Source of the DNA: an uncultured Acidobacteriaceae bacterium
Lineage (GTDB): Bacteria; Acidobacteriota; Terriglobia; Terriglobales; Acidobacteriaceae
NCBI GenBank assembly: GCA_963838555.1
Contig: CAWIRK010000002.1
Location: 62,127-126,126 of the forward strand
Direction: 5' to 3'
DNA: 64,000 bases
A program made the translations under genes and the position numbers. Below, in pieces: positions 20,152 through 29,104 of the stretch. Numbering within the stretch: the first letter of the stretch is position 1; the number at the start of each line of letters is the position of its first letter. The notes below the pieces were generated by a model, which saw only the letters and a program-made list of their open reading frames with translations, ran no database searches and had not been told where the DNA came from.

Positions 20152-21354
20152 GTGACGAGTTGGGTGGAGGTTTCAGAGGCGCGGCTTAGGGGTAACTACA
20201 GGTTGCTGGTCGAGGCTGCTGGCCGCGAGACTGCGGTGCTTGCGGTGGTAAAGGCGAATGCTTATGGGCATGGTGCGGCGGTATGCGCGCCAGTGCTGGC
20301 TGAGGCTGGGGCAGAGTGGCTTGGGGTGGGGAATGCTGCTGAGGGTGGGGCTGTTCGTGAGGTGCTGGCGGCGGCGGGAGTTGCGTATGAGCAACAGCCT
20401 CGGGTCCTGGTGATGTGCGGTCTGGAGGGTGAGGATGCTGAGGTGGTTGTGTCGCGTGGGCTGACGCCGGTTGTGTGGGAGCAGCAGCAGATGGAGTGGC
20501 TGGCGGCTGCGGTCTTGCAACATGGCGGCGAAGCGGCTCGATTGCGTGTTCATCTGGAGATCGATACGGGAATGGCTCGGCAGGGCGTTCTGCCGGGAGA
20601 AGGGCTGCGGGCGCTGTTGCATTGGCTGAAGCGGCAACCGAGGCTGCAGTTGGAGGGCGTCTTGACGCACTTCGCGTCGCCGGAAGAGGCGGGATCGTCT
20701 CAGACGCTGCTGCAGCGGAGGAGGTTTGAGGAGGCGGTTGCGGTGGTCGCTGAGGTTGGTCTGCGTCCGGCGTGGGTTCATGCAGGTAGTTCGTCCACTG
20801 TCGATAACGAGGATGCGGCGGCGAATCTGACGTGGCTGCGTTCTCTGGCGGCGAGTGTTGGGGCGCGGTCGATGGTACGGAGCGGTATTGCTCTTTATGG
20901 ATATTGTCTGCCGATTGAGTCGGAGGCTGCTGTTGCTGGGGCAAAGGTGCGGTGTGGACTTCAGCCGGTGATGAGCTGGAAGACTCGGGTGATTGGGCTG
21001 CGTGAGCTGAACGCTGGAGATACGGTTGGATACAACGCTATCTTTACGGCCGAGGGGCCGATGCGGCTGGCGCTGCTTCCGGTTGGATATGCGGATGGAT
21101 TGCGGCGTGAGCTTTCGGGGTCGAATGCTAGGGCGGGCGGTTGGACGATGGTCAGGGGGAAGCGGGCGGCGATTTTGGGTCGCGTGTCGATGAACCTTAC
21201 GGTGGTCGATGTGACGGAGATTCCGGGCGTTGCAGTTGGCGATGAGGTTGTCGTGCTTGGCGATGGCGTGACTGCGGACGATCATGCTCGTCTGGCGGAT
21301 ACGATTGCGTATGAGATTGTGTGCGGCGTGCGCGCCGAGTCGCGGTTGGTGTGA
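20152..21354 (+). CDS. alr: Alanine racemase
   Basis: AVVKANAYGHG PLP-lysine motif; IDTGMARQG; VGYN; GYADG; GRVSMN; TIAYEIVC. Confidence 0.95.
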   Translation: MTSWVEVSEARLRGNYRLLVEAAGRETAVLAVVKANAYGHGAAVCAPVLAEAGAEWLGVGNAAEGGAVREVLAAAGVAYEQQPRVLVMCGLEGEDAEVVVSRGLTPVVWEQQQMEWLAAAVLQHGGEAARLRVHLEIDTGMARQGVLPGEGLRALLHWLKRQPRLQLEGVLTHFASPEEAGSSQTLLQRRRFEEAVAVVAEVGLRPAWVHAGSSSTVDNEDAAANLTWLRSLAASVGARSMVRSGIALYGYCLPIESEAAVAGAKVRCGLQPVMSWKTRVIGLRELNAGDTVGYNAIFTAEGPMRLALLPVGYADGLRRELSGSNARAGGWTMVRGKRAAILGRVSMNLTVVDVTEIPGVAVGDEVVVLGDGVTADDHARLADTIAYEIVCGVRAESRLV

Positions 21355-21436
21355 CGCGCGTATCGCGTTGGTGATTTGCGCGCTTCGCCTGGGGCCATTA
21401 ACATCAGGGCTAAGAGAAACGAGAGGAACTACTTTC

Positions 21437-21649
21437 ATGGAATCGATCAACGCAGCGCGCCGCACCGAGGATATCGCGCTCGATTTGCTTAAGTTCGTTG
21501 CAGCGCACGCCAATGTAGGGAGCAAGAGTGTTGGTTCCACCGGCTTTGGTGTTACAGCATCTCCGAAGCCTGAGGAACAGGTTACGCAGCTGCTTGAACT
21601 CTATGCCCGCTGCCGCCAGGTGGTTGAGGCTCCGGTCGAAAAGAAGTAG
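21437..21649 (+). CDS. Small hypothetical protein (70 aa)
   Basis: GAGGA RBS; MESINAARRTEDIALDLLKFVA...; stop overlaps next start (TAGTG). Confidence 0.7.
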   Translation: MESINAARRTEDIALDLLKFVAAHANVGSKSVGSTGFGVTASPKPEEQVTQLLELYARCRQVVEAPVEKK

Positions 21650-22674
21650 TGCCAGGCTCGCAGCCACTTCGCGTTGCCGTGGTTGGGGCGGGAGCCTTCG
21701 GGCGCAATCATCTTCGCGTTTATCGCGAGTTGGAGCAGGCGGGCGAGGCGGTTGTGCTCGCCGCGGTGGTGGATCGCGATCCTGCTGTTGCTGCGGAAGC
21801 CGCGGCAAAGTTCGGCGTGCCGGGCTTTGAGACGGTCGAGGCGTGTCTGGCGACGGGGCCGCTCGATGCGGCTTCGATCTGCGTGCCTACGGTGCATCAT
21901 GCTTCGGCGGCGGAGCCACTGCTGGCTTCGGGTGTGGATGTTTTGATTGAGAAGCCGCTGGCCGCGAGCCTCGCCGATGCCGACCGGATTCTTGAGATGA
22001 GCCGGGGGTATGGGCGCATTGTGCAGGCCGGGCATCTGGAGCGCTTCAATCCGGCTGTGACGGCGGCACGGCGGCAACTGCACAGTCCCATGTTCTTCGA
22101 GTCGCATCGGCTTAGCGTGTTTACGCCGCGCTCGCTCGATGTGGATGTGGTGCTCGATCTGATGATTCACGATCTCGACATTGTGTTGAGCCTGGTGGCT
22201 TCGCCGGTGCGCGAGGTGCGGGCGGTAGGGCTGCCGGTGCTCTCGAAGAAGGTCGATATCGCCAATGTGCGGCTGGAGTTTGAGAATGGATGTGTTGCCA
22301 ACTTCACTGCGAGCCGGGTGAGCACGGAGCGGGTACGGAAGCTGCGGTTTTTTCAGCCGCACCAGTATCTTTCGCTCGACTTTGCGCGGCAGGATCTGTT
22401 GATGATCGACGTGACCGCAGCGGCGGCGATGGATCCGGTGCAGTTGGCGGCACTGGCGGAGAAGGTGAGCCAGCATCCGTCTGCCGGGTTGTCGCTCAAG
22501 AAGATTCCGGTGGAGCAGGGCGAGCCGCTGCGGTTGGAGATTGCTTCGTTTCTGGGGGCGGTTCGGAGCAGGGGTACGCCGGTGGTGTCGGGAGAAGATG
22601 GACGGGCGGCGCTGGCTCTGGCTTTGGAGATCAACCGGGCGATTGCGGCTCATGCGGAACGTACCGGGCTTTGA
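21649..22674 (+). CDS. Gfo/Idh/MocA oxidoreductase, GnnA-like (UDP-GlcNAc 3-dehydrogenase-like)
   Basis: VVGAGAFG; LIEKP; GHLERFNPA; VVLDLMIHDLD; DIANVRLEFENGCVANFTASRVS. Confidence 0.88.
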   Translation: MPGSQPLRVAVVGAGAFGRNHLRVYRELEQAGEAVVLAAVVDRDPAVAAEAAAKFGVPGFETVEACLATGPLDAASICVPTVHHASAAEPLLASGVDVLIEKPLAASLADADRILEMSRGYGRIVQAGHLERFNPAVTAARRQLHSPMFFESHRLSVFTPRSLDVDVVLDLMIHDLDIVLSLVASPVREVRAVGLPVLSKKVDIANVRLEFENGCVANFTASRVSTERVRKLRFFQPHQYLSLDFARQDLLMIDVTAAAAMDPVQLAALAEKVSQHPSAGLSLKKIPVEQGEPLRLEIASFLGAVRSRGTPVVSGEDGRAALALALEINRAIAAHAERTGL

Positions 22675-22679
22675 GAGGT

Positions 22680-22990
22680 GGGGGGGTACCCCCCCTATTG
22701 CCGGGGCGCAAGTGCCCTATAATCAAAGATTTGCTCTGCATCTATGTCTGTAAAATCTTCATAACAAATGACTTGCGTCCAAAATATAGTAAATAAACGA
22801 GTTATGGGTTAAACGGTAAGCCCCCGGCGGTTAGCCGAGGGCTTTTCTTGATTTCTAATTTAATTATAGCGGGTTGAGGCGTAACTAACGTGCCAACTCG
22901 ATTTCCTTTTGTTTGAGGGAGTTAGGTGGTTTTGGGGCTTGACATGCAATTTTTGGGCTAAAAACGCGAAAAATAAAATTCAACGACAAA
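22680..22990. repeat. AT-rich non-coding element with about 27-bp quasi-repeats and an internal terminator-like hairpin
   Basis: Starts GGGGGGTACCCCCC; units at 22708-22734, 22750-22776, 22779-22805; hairpin AAGCCCCCGGC..GCCGAGGGCTTTTC at 22818-22850. Confidence 0.55.
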
Positions 22991-23009
22991 AAGCAAAGGC
23001 AATCATCAG

Positions 23010-23118
23010 TCGCTTCGCCCTTCGGGCTACGCTCCAGCCCTTCGACGCTGCTGGCAGAGTGGAGCCCACTCATCGCGCCAAGAGCCGCGCGATGAATGGG
23101 GCACCCGGCACCCGGCTA
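23010..23118. repeat. Composite REP-like palindromic repeat
   Basis: GCCCTTCGGGC hairpin; CCCACTCATCGCGC..GCGCGATGAATGGGG-CACCCGG hairpin; tandem GCACCCG. Confidence 0.65.
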
Positions 23119-23224
23119 TAACGATAATCCGCAGGCTACGGTGTTTCTTCGCAAGAGGATTGCGGCTGGGTGAAGCTTTCGAGCTTCGCTCGCGAATCCA
23201 ATAACTTTGTATCCGTATCCTCTT

Positions 23225-25039
23225 CTAGTTTGATTGAACCGTGCTAATGGTTATCGGGGCCGATATCACGTCAGCATTCGCAACGGGAAGCGAGGAGCGG
23301 TGCGGGCTGCTCTCCATATTGGCCCTTCCGTCAACCCGCGATGAAATGAGAAATAAGTAAGTCTGTCCGGAGCGCAGCAGATCGGGCGGTATTGTCATGA
23401 GGTCTTTGCGGTGCCCAACGTTGTTGTGGAGAAATACTGGACTGTGCCATTCGGCAATGTCGTCTGACTCATGATGGCCACGTTATAGCCGAACGGTGTG
23501 CCGATCGCGGGCGGGTCCCAACTGAGCGCCACAGCCGTGTTGCTGATTGTGGCTGTGGTGAAGAGGTCGGCGCCGTTGATCTTCGGGTTCTGCACCGGTG
23601 AGAGCAGCGGCTTAACTGCCGCGGTTGGCAGCGAGGTGGTTTGGCTGTTGGTCAAATTGATGCCCTGGGTTGTGCCTCCGGGCACTGGAACAGCCACCGA
23701 AGCGCTCTGGCAAACACGGAAGGTGCGTCTCCAGGTGGTGGGGAACGGATCGCTGTATTGCACGGTTCCGGCTTCCACATCGGTTGTCAAAGGCGGACTC
23801 GTGACTGTTGTCAACGGCGGATTCGTGGATAAAGTGGCGACAGTTATTGAATTCGTCGGGCAGGAGGAGGACGTGAGCAAGGCCGAGAAGCTTCCGCCGG
23901 TCCGATATAAGATCGATGGGCATTGACGGGTTTGAGGGTGATACGTTTGGGCCGTCGGAGGCGATAAAGGGCTGTACGGAGAGTGAGAAGCTGCCTGCCA
24001 AAGCGGCGGGTGTCGTTGGCGCAATGTGATCGAACAGGGGTACCCAGGCGGAACCTTTGACGCTGAGGTTAATCGATGCTGGAACAGTGGGATTCAATGC
24101 TCCACTAATCGTATTGTGTCCGCCGGTCGTCAATGACAGATTCGACAGCGTAAGCTCAGGGCCTAGTACATATCCGTTTACGGGCCCAAATGAAGCCGGT
24201 TCGTACTGCCTGACGAACGCATTCTTTATCGCGGAAAAATCAAGGTTACTGCCAATCACAACTACTCCGCCGGCTGTGGTGGAACCTGCATTCGTCGAAG
24301 ACAAAAAGAGCGGCACGACAGATTCAGGAGTATCGGCTTTCAACAGGCCGTTCGCAGGCACCGCGTCCAATGACGTGAAACTGAAGTTGATGTACGTGGT
24401 CGAAGTGGTCGGAGCGGCGCTGGCGACTGGAACAAAGATGTCGCTGCCCACGTCGAAGGTGCTGCTGCTTGTCCAGTAGGTGTCGCGCGGTGCAAGGCGC
24501 AGCCAGTAGTATCCGGCGGGTACGTTGGGAATCTCGAAGGTTCCATTCGCGCCGGCGGTTCCGGAGAGGGACTTGAAGGAGCCGTCCGGTTGCGGCACGA
24601 GCGCTGCAACGGAAAAGTCCACGCGACTCCAGTCGAAGGGAGTAGTTGTTGAGCCGCTTTCACTCCACAAGGTATCGATATGGCTGATGCGGATGGTACC
24701 GGATGGCGTCACCGCCCAGGACTGTGTCGCCGATGCTCCGCTTGTGGCGGTCGCAGTCACGGTGAAGCTGTTCGAAACCCGGGATTGCTGGGCCGTGGGG
24801 ATCCACGAGATCGTATCTCCGCTGAGCGTCGCGCCGGTTGGTGCGCTGGTCAAGGAGAAGGTAACCGCAGTGCCTGTTGCCGCGACCTGGTAGGTGTAAG
24901 GCGATCCCTCAACGGCTTGGGTAACTGCCGCGCTGGTAAAAACAGGCGCAGCCGGGGCCGGGGTTGTGTGATTTCCGCTACTGCAGGCTGTGAGCAGAAA
25001 GACGATCAATGTGGCAGGTAAGACTTGGTATCGCGGCAA
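23225..25039 (-). CDS. Large Ser/Thr-rich lipoprotein with N-terminal Ig/He_PIG-like domain; two apparent indels (about 23905 and 23400)
   Basis: Lipobox LTAC; APVFTS..YTYQV..FSLTSAPTGATLSG..ISW.P; reading continues via 23395..24024 frame and then MTIPPDLLRSGQTYLFLISS...ITISTVQSN-stop 23225. Confidence 0.72.
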
Positions 25040-25284
25040 GATGTATTCCCCAGGGACGTCGGCCCTTCGCTCGATGTAGGCATAGAGTTCTGTTCGTTAG
25101 TGTGGCAGTTGACCTGATCCGAGCTTCGAATCAAGCGGCTCGGATATTACGATTTCTTGATGGACCGAATCTATGTCTTTTGGGTGGTATGGGGTGTAGT
25201 GGTGATGCTGGATCATTTTCAGGGCGTCGTTGTCGAATTACAAGAAAAAAATTTGATGGCCCCGGGATCGTGTTTGCGATCTTC

Positions 25285-25330
25285 GGGGCCTGTGAGCTGC
25301 TTCGGTCGAAATGACGATGTTTGGGTTGGG
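25285..25330. repeat. Truncated REP-like repeat fragment
   Basis: Minus strand reads CGTCATTTCGACCGAAGCAGCTCACAG, which I recall as a frequent acidobacterial intergenic repeat head; not verifiable inside this window. Confidence 0.4.
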
Positions 25331-25347
25331 TGGGAGTAGAGGCGAGG

Positions 25348-25974
25348 TCAGTTGTTTACGCCCACGATTTTTCTGATGGAGGCTGGGTCTTCGGCGGTCT
25401 TGAGGAAGAAGTGAGCTACATCGGCGCGTGAGATGTTGAAGCCGAAGCGGGGCAGATGGCCGGTTCGGACGCGATACTTTTCGGTAAGAAGCTTGTCGGT
25501 GAGTTGCGGGGGACGGACGATGGTCCAGTCGAGGCCGCTCTGCGTAATGATTCGTTCCATTGCGGCTGCGTCGATGACTACGGTGGGGAAGAAGAGGCGT
25601 CCGAAGAGGTAGGTTGGCGGCAGGATGGAATCTTTGAACAGGAAGGCGGTTGAGACGATGACGGTGCGGCGGACGTTTGCCTGATGCATGGCGGTTGTGA
25701 GGGCAGAGGCGAAGTTTTGCAGAAGGTTGGCGTCGGATTTGGCAATGGGCACGCGGGGACCGAATCCGGAGAGGATCGCGTCGTGGCCGCTGATGGCTTT
25801 GGCAAGTTCGGCGCTGTTGAGCAGATTGCCTTGGCGGATGGTGATTCGGTTGCCGAAGGGCTTGAGGGGCTCGGGGGATCGAACAAATGCTGTGACGGAG
25901 TGACTTTGTTCGATGGCCTGGCGAACGATCTCGAGGCCGATGCCTCCGGTGGCTCCGAGTACGACGAGTTTCAT
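25348..25974 (-). CDS. NAD(P)-binding oxidoreductase (biliverdin reductase B / flavin reductase-like atypical SDR)
   Basis: VLGATGGIG; SGLDWTIVRP; ISRADVA. Confidence 0.88.
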   Translation of the reverse strand: MKLVVLGATGGIGLEIVRQAIEQSHSVTAFVRSPEPLKPFGNRITIRQGNLLNSAELAKAISGHDAILSGFGPRVPIAKSDANLLQNFASALTTAMHQANVRRTVIVSTAFLFKDSILPPTYLFGRLFFPTVVIDAAAMERIITQSGLDWTIVRPPQLTDKLLTEKYRVRTGHLPRFGFNISRADVAHFFLKTAEDPASIRKIVGVNN

Positions 25975-26010
25975 TGGTTTGGTTCTCCTCTGTGGTTTCC
26001 TCTTGGGCGG

Positions 26011-26463
26011 TTACGCTTTGTCGGCTGAAACGATCGGTGGATGTCGATCGGCGTAGGTTGGAGTGGCCGGGGAGCGATTGAAAAATGTCCGGCTTGGAGG
26101 ACGCATTGTGTAGGAGAGGATCAATGCGGCGAAGGTGACAAGCGGCTCGAGCGCAAGGAGGCCATCGCCGGAGAGGAGATGCGAGTAGGAGGCGCTGAGA
26201 ATGGTGATGCCGAATCCTGCGTAGGCCCATTCCTTTAGCCTGGGGATTCCGGGGAGGAGGAGGGCGCAGACGCCGGCGAGCTTCGATACAGCAAGGAGAT
26301 TTGAGAAGTAGGGAGGGTAACCGAGGTGCGCCAGTGCGGTCATCATGGATGGTGAGTGAATGAGGGCGAGTGTTCCGGAGATGGTCATGATGAACGCGAC
26401 GAAGAGGGTTGCTGCCCAGTAGATGGCTGGCTTTGTTTTGGCCTTTGGCGTGGCTTTTGTCAT
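26011..26463 (-). CDS. DoxX family membrane protein
   Basis: IYWAAT..HLGYPPYF..KLAG..RLKEWAYAG; ATG 26463 after GAGG. Confidence 0.85.
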   Translation of the reverse strand: MTKATPKAKTKPAIYWAATLFVAFIMTISGTLALIHSPSMMTALAHLGYPPYFSNLLAVSKLAGVCALLLPGIPRLKEWAYAGFGITILSASYSHLLSGDGLLALEPLVTFAALILSYTMRPPSRTFFNRSPATPTYADRHPPIVSADKA

Positions 26464-26519
26464 TCTGTTGCCTCTTGAGTTGTTTTGCTGGAGAGAGACT
26501 CGGGTGGGCCGGTTGCGGG

Positions 26520-27005
26520 TTACGGTTTGGCGGAGGTTTGGCGAGGGGAGGTCCACTCGCGCACGTCGACGGTGACGCCGTAGTGCAGGCCGGGGTGAAT
26601 TCGAGCGACCTCTATGGCCTCGTCTTTGGTGGGAGAGTCGAAGAAGACTAGGTTGGAGAGGTTGGAATCGATTGAGCTATTGCGGGAGATGATTTTGCTT
26701 CCATCTGCGGAGAAGGTTGCGGCGGTCTCTCCCAGGGTGCGTGGATCGAGGGTGATGCCCATGCGGGTGACTTTTTCGACCCAGGCAGCGATCTCAACCT
26801 TGCGCTGGGCTACTTCTTCAGGAGTGAGGGTGCGGGAGGTGTGGAAGAGGAGGGCGTAGTGTTTCATGGGTTTCTCCTGTGGTCCGGGAGTTTGGGCGTG
26901 GAGGGGTTGGATGAGGAGGACGAGGCAGGCTAGCAGCGCGAATGCGAGGGAGCTTGCCGCCTGGGATTTCGCGGGGACGCGGGCATTGCGGATGGCAGGT
27001 CTCAT
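26520..27005 (-). CDS. YciI-like protein with putative signal peptide
   Basis: Hydrophobic leader ending LHA-Q; MKHYALLF...DEAIEVARIHPGLHYGVTVDVRE resembles the YciI fold end. Confidence 0.6.
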   Translation of the reverse strand: MRPAIRNARVPAKSQAASSLAFALLACLVLLIQPLHAQTPGPQEKPMKHYALLFHTSRTLTPEEVAQRKVEIAAWVEKVTRMGITLDPRTLGETAATFSADGSKIISRNSSIDSNLSNLVFFDSPTKDEAIEVARIHPGLHYGVTVDVREWTSPRQTSAKP

Positions 27006-27035
27006 GGTGCCAAGGTAGCGAATGCCGGGTGGCGG

Positions 27036-27830
27036 CTACTTGTAAAAAGTCGGCAGATTGCGCGGGGAGGTGCTTCGGAAAAACTCTTCGGGGGAGGCGC
27101 CGGTGAAGAGGCGGAAGTCGTGGACCATATGGGGTTGATCGGAGTAGCCGGCTTCGAAGGCGATCTCGGTGAGGGATTTTCCGGTGTCCCAGAGGCGGCA
27201 GACGTGTTGCAGGCGGGCGAGGCGGCTGAGTTTTTTGGGGGTTGCGCCGACTGCGGCACGGAAGTGTCGTTCGAGCGCGCTCTGGCTCATGGCGGCGTGG
27301 CGTGCGATGGCTCGAATGGAGGCGCGGCCGTGGGAGTTGCGGATCATGGCTGCGGCCGCTTCGATCTGTGTGGAGATTCCCTCGTGGGGACGGATGCGGG
27401 CGGCGAGGAAGCGTTCTACGGGGAGGATTTGTTGGGTGATTTCGGGAGTGTCGGCGAGAACGTTCTGGAGGTGGTCGATCTGCTGACGGGGGAGGACTTC
27501 GTCGAGGGGGAGGGTGCGGTTGTAGAGAAGGTCGGCGCGGTCGTGGAGGATGGCGGGAGCACCGATCTCGGTGAAGCGGACGATGACCATGGAGGAGTTG
27601 GGGGCGTGCTCGACGAGGCGGGTGCGATTTTGCAGGCCGGAGACGATGGTGTTGGGGAGCGTCTGGTTGTGGAGGGCTGCGGCGCCGGATTGACGGAGGA
27701 CGAGGGTGAGTGTGGTTTCGGGGAGGAGGAGTTGGACGCGGGAGTGGTTTGAGGTGACCCATAGGATCTCGCGCACGTAGCGGCGGAGCCGGGGTGACGG
27801 GCGGTGGACGAACTGGCGGACGTCGTTCAT
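27036..27830 (-). CDS. AraC family transcriptional regulator (DUF6597-type N-terminus)
   Basis: PSPRLRRYV; LERHFRAAVGATPK; IAFEAGYSDQPHMVHDFRLFTGASP. Confidence 0.9.
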   Translation of the reverse strand: MNDVRQFVHRPSPRLRRYVREILWVTSNHSRVQLLLPETTLTLVLRQSGAAALHNQTLPNTIVSGLQNRTRLVEHAPNSSMVIVRFTEIGAPAILHDRADLLYNRTLPLDEVLPRQQIDHLQNVLADTPEITQQILPVERFLAARIRPHEGISTQIEAAAAMIRNSHGRASIRAIARHAAMSQSALERHFRAAVGATPKKLSRLARLQHVCRLWDTGKSLTEIAFEAGYSDQPHMVHDFRLFTGASPEEFFRSTSPRNLPTFYK

Positions 27831-27982
27831 ACCGGGGTTTTGATGTTTGGGATTGGTGAGAGGACTCGGGAAGTGAGTTTTTGGATAGACCGAAGGTCTT
27901 TTCAGAAATACGGGGGCGCGAGGCCTTAGACGAGGTGAAAGAGTTGCCCTCGCGAAATGAAAAGCGTACCTCAGCGGCTAAA

Positions 27983-29012
27983 TGTGAAGTTGCAATAGGT
28001 TGTTGTCCATCTGACCGAGAACGTAGAAGCTGATTGTGTCGAGCAAGCAGTAACTTCGGAGGCCAGATGGACTATCACCATCATGCCCGTTTGACGGTGC
28101 ATGGTCGAGAAGCTCTTTGCCGGGCGGTTGTGGAAGGCCGGCTGAGGCTGTGCGAGGCGGCAGCCGAGCACAGGCTCAGCCGGCAGACGGCAGCCAAGTG
28201 GGTCACGCGGTTCAAGACGGAGGGTCTGGCAGGTCTGGCTGATCGGAGTTCACGGCCGCGGCGGCTGCGGCGGCCCACCACGCCTGAGTTGGTGGCCCGA
28301 GTAGAGGCGATGCGCCGCGAGCGTTGGACCGGGGTGCAGATCTCCCAGGTCACCGGTCTGAGTCGTGCCACCGTCAGCCGCATCCTGACTCGGCTGAAGC
28401 TGAACAGGATCAGGATGCTGGAGCCAGCCGAGCCGGTGGTTCGCTATGAGCATCCTGTGGCCGGTGATCTGGTGCACCTCGACATCAAGAAGCTCGCCCG
28501 CATCGTCAGGGCTGGGCATCGCATCACCGGCGATCCCCGCGACGAGACCCGCGGCGCTGGATGGGAGTTCCTCTACGTCGCCGTCGACGATCACTCCCGG
28601 CTTGCCTTCACCGCCATGTACCCCAACGAGAAAGCCGTCTCCTCGATCGACTTCCTGCATCGTGCTACCAACTGGTTCCGACGCTTCGGTATCCACACCC
28701 GCCGCGTGCTCACCGATAACGGCCCTTGCTTCTATCGTCTCCAGTTCGGCGGAGCTTGCCGCTCTCTGGGCATCGAGCATCGTCGTACCCGGCCCTACCG
28801 TCCGCAAACAAACGGCAAGGCTGAGCGCTTCATCCAGACCGCCATCCGCGAGTGGGCTTATGCCCGACGATACGAAAACTCAGCCCAGCGACTGGAGCAC
28901 CTTCAGCCCTGGACTCACCAGTACAACTGGCACCGACCACATGCTAGCCTCAAACAGTCGCCACCCATCAGCCGCTCAGGCCTCGATGTCAACAACCTGT
29001 TGAGACACCACA
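27983..29012 (+). mobile_element. Complete IS481-family insertion sequence (1030 bp) with 6-bp target-site duplication GCTAAA
   Basis: Ends TGT...ACA; left TGTGAAGTTGCAATAGGTTGTTGTCCATC vs right (reverse complement) TGTGGTGTCTCAACAGGTTGTTGACATC; GCTAAA at 27977-27982 and 29013-29018. Confidence 0.95.
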
Positions 29013-29017
29013 GCTAA
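28067..29017 (+). CDS. IS481 family DDE transposase
   Basis: HHHARLTVHGR; HLDIKKL; AVDDHSR; LTDNGPCF; RPQTNGKAERF; YNWHRPH; stop TAA lies in the duplicated target. Confidence 0.96.
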   Translation: MDYHHHARLTVHGREALCRAVVEGRLRLCEAAAEHRLSRQTAAKWVTRFKTEGLAGLADRSSRPRRLRRPTTPELVARVEAMRRERWTGVQISQVTGLSRATVSRILTRLKLNRIRMLEPAEPVVRYEHPVAGDLVHLDIKKLARIVRAGHRITGDPRDETRGAGWEFLYVAVDDHSRLAFTAMYPNEKAVSSIDFLHRATNWFRRFGIHTRRVLTDNGPCFYRLQFGGACRSLGIEHRRTRPYRPQTNGKAERFIQTAIREWAYARRYENSAQRLEHLQPWTHQYNWHRPHASLKQSPPISRSGLDVNNLLRHHS

Positions 29018-29104
29018 AGCCGCATTGACTGGGGATCGTTTGCGGCACGGCTGAAGCCGTGCCCTTAAGCAAAACGGACCGTGCTTTTCGACAGCGTGCT
29101 GTAG

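Larger units (their letters stand above)
27965..29070. repeat. REP-like double hairpin interrupted by the IS
   Basis: Reconstructed empty site CCTCA-GCGGCT-AA-AGCCGC...GGCACGGCT-GA-AGCCGTGCC-CTT. Confidence 0.8.
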
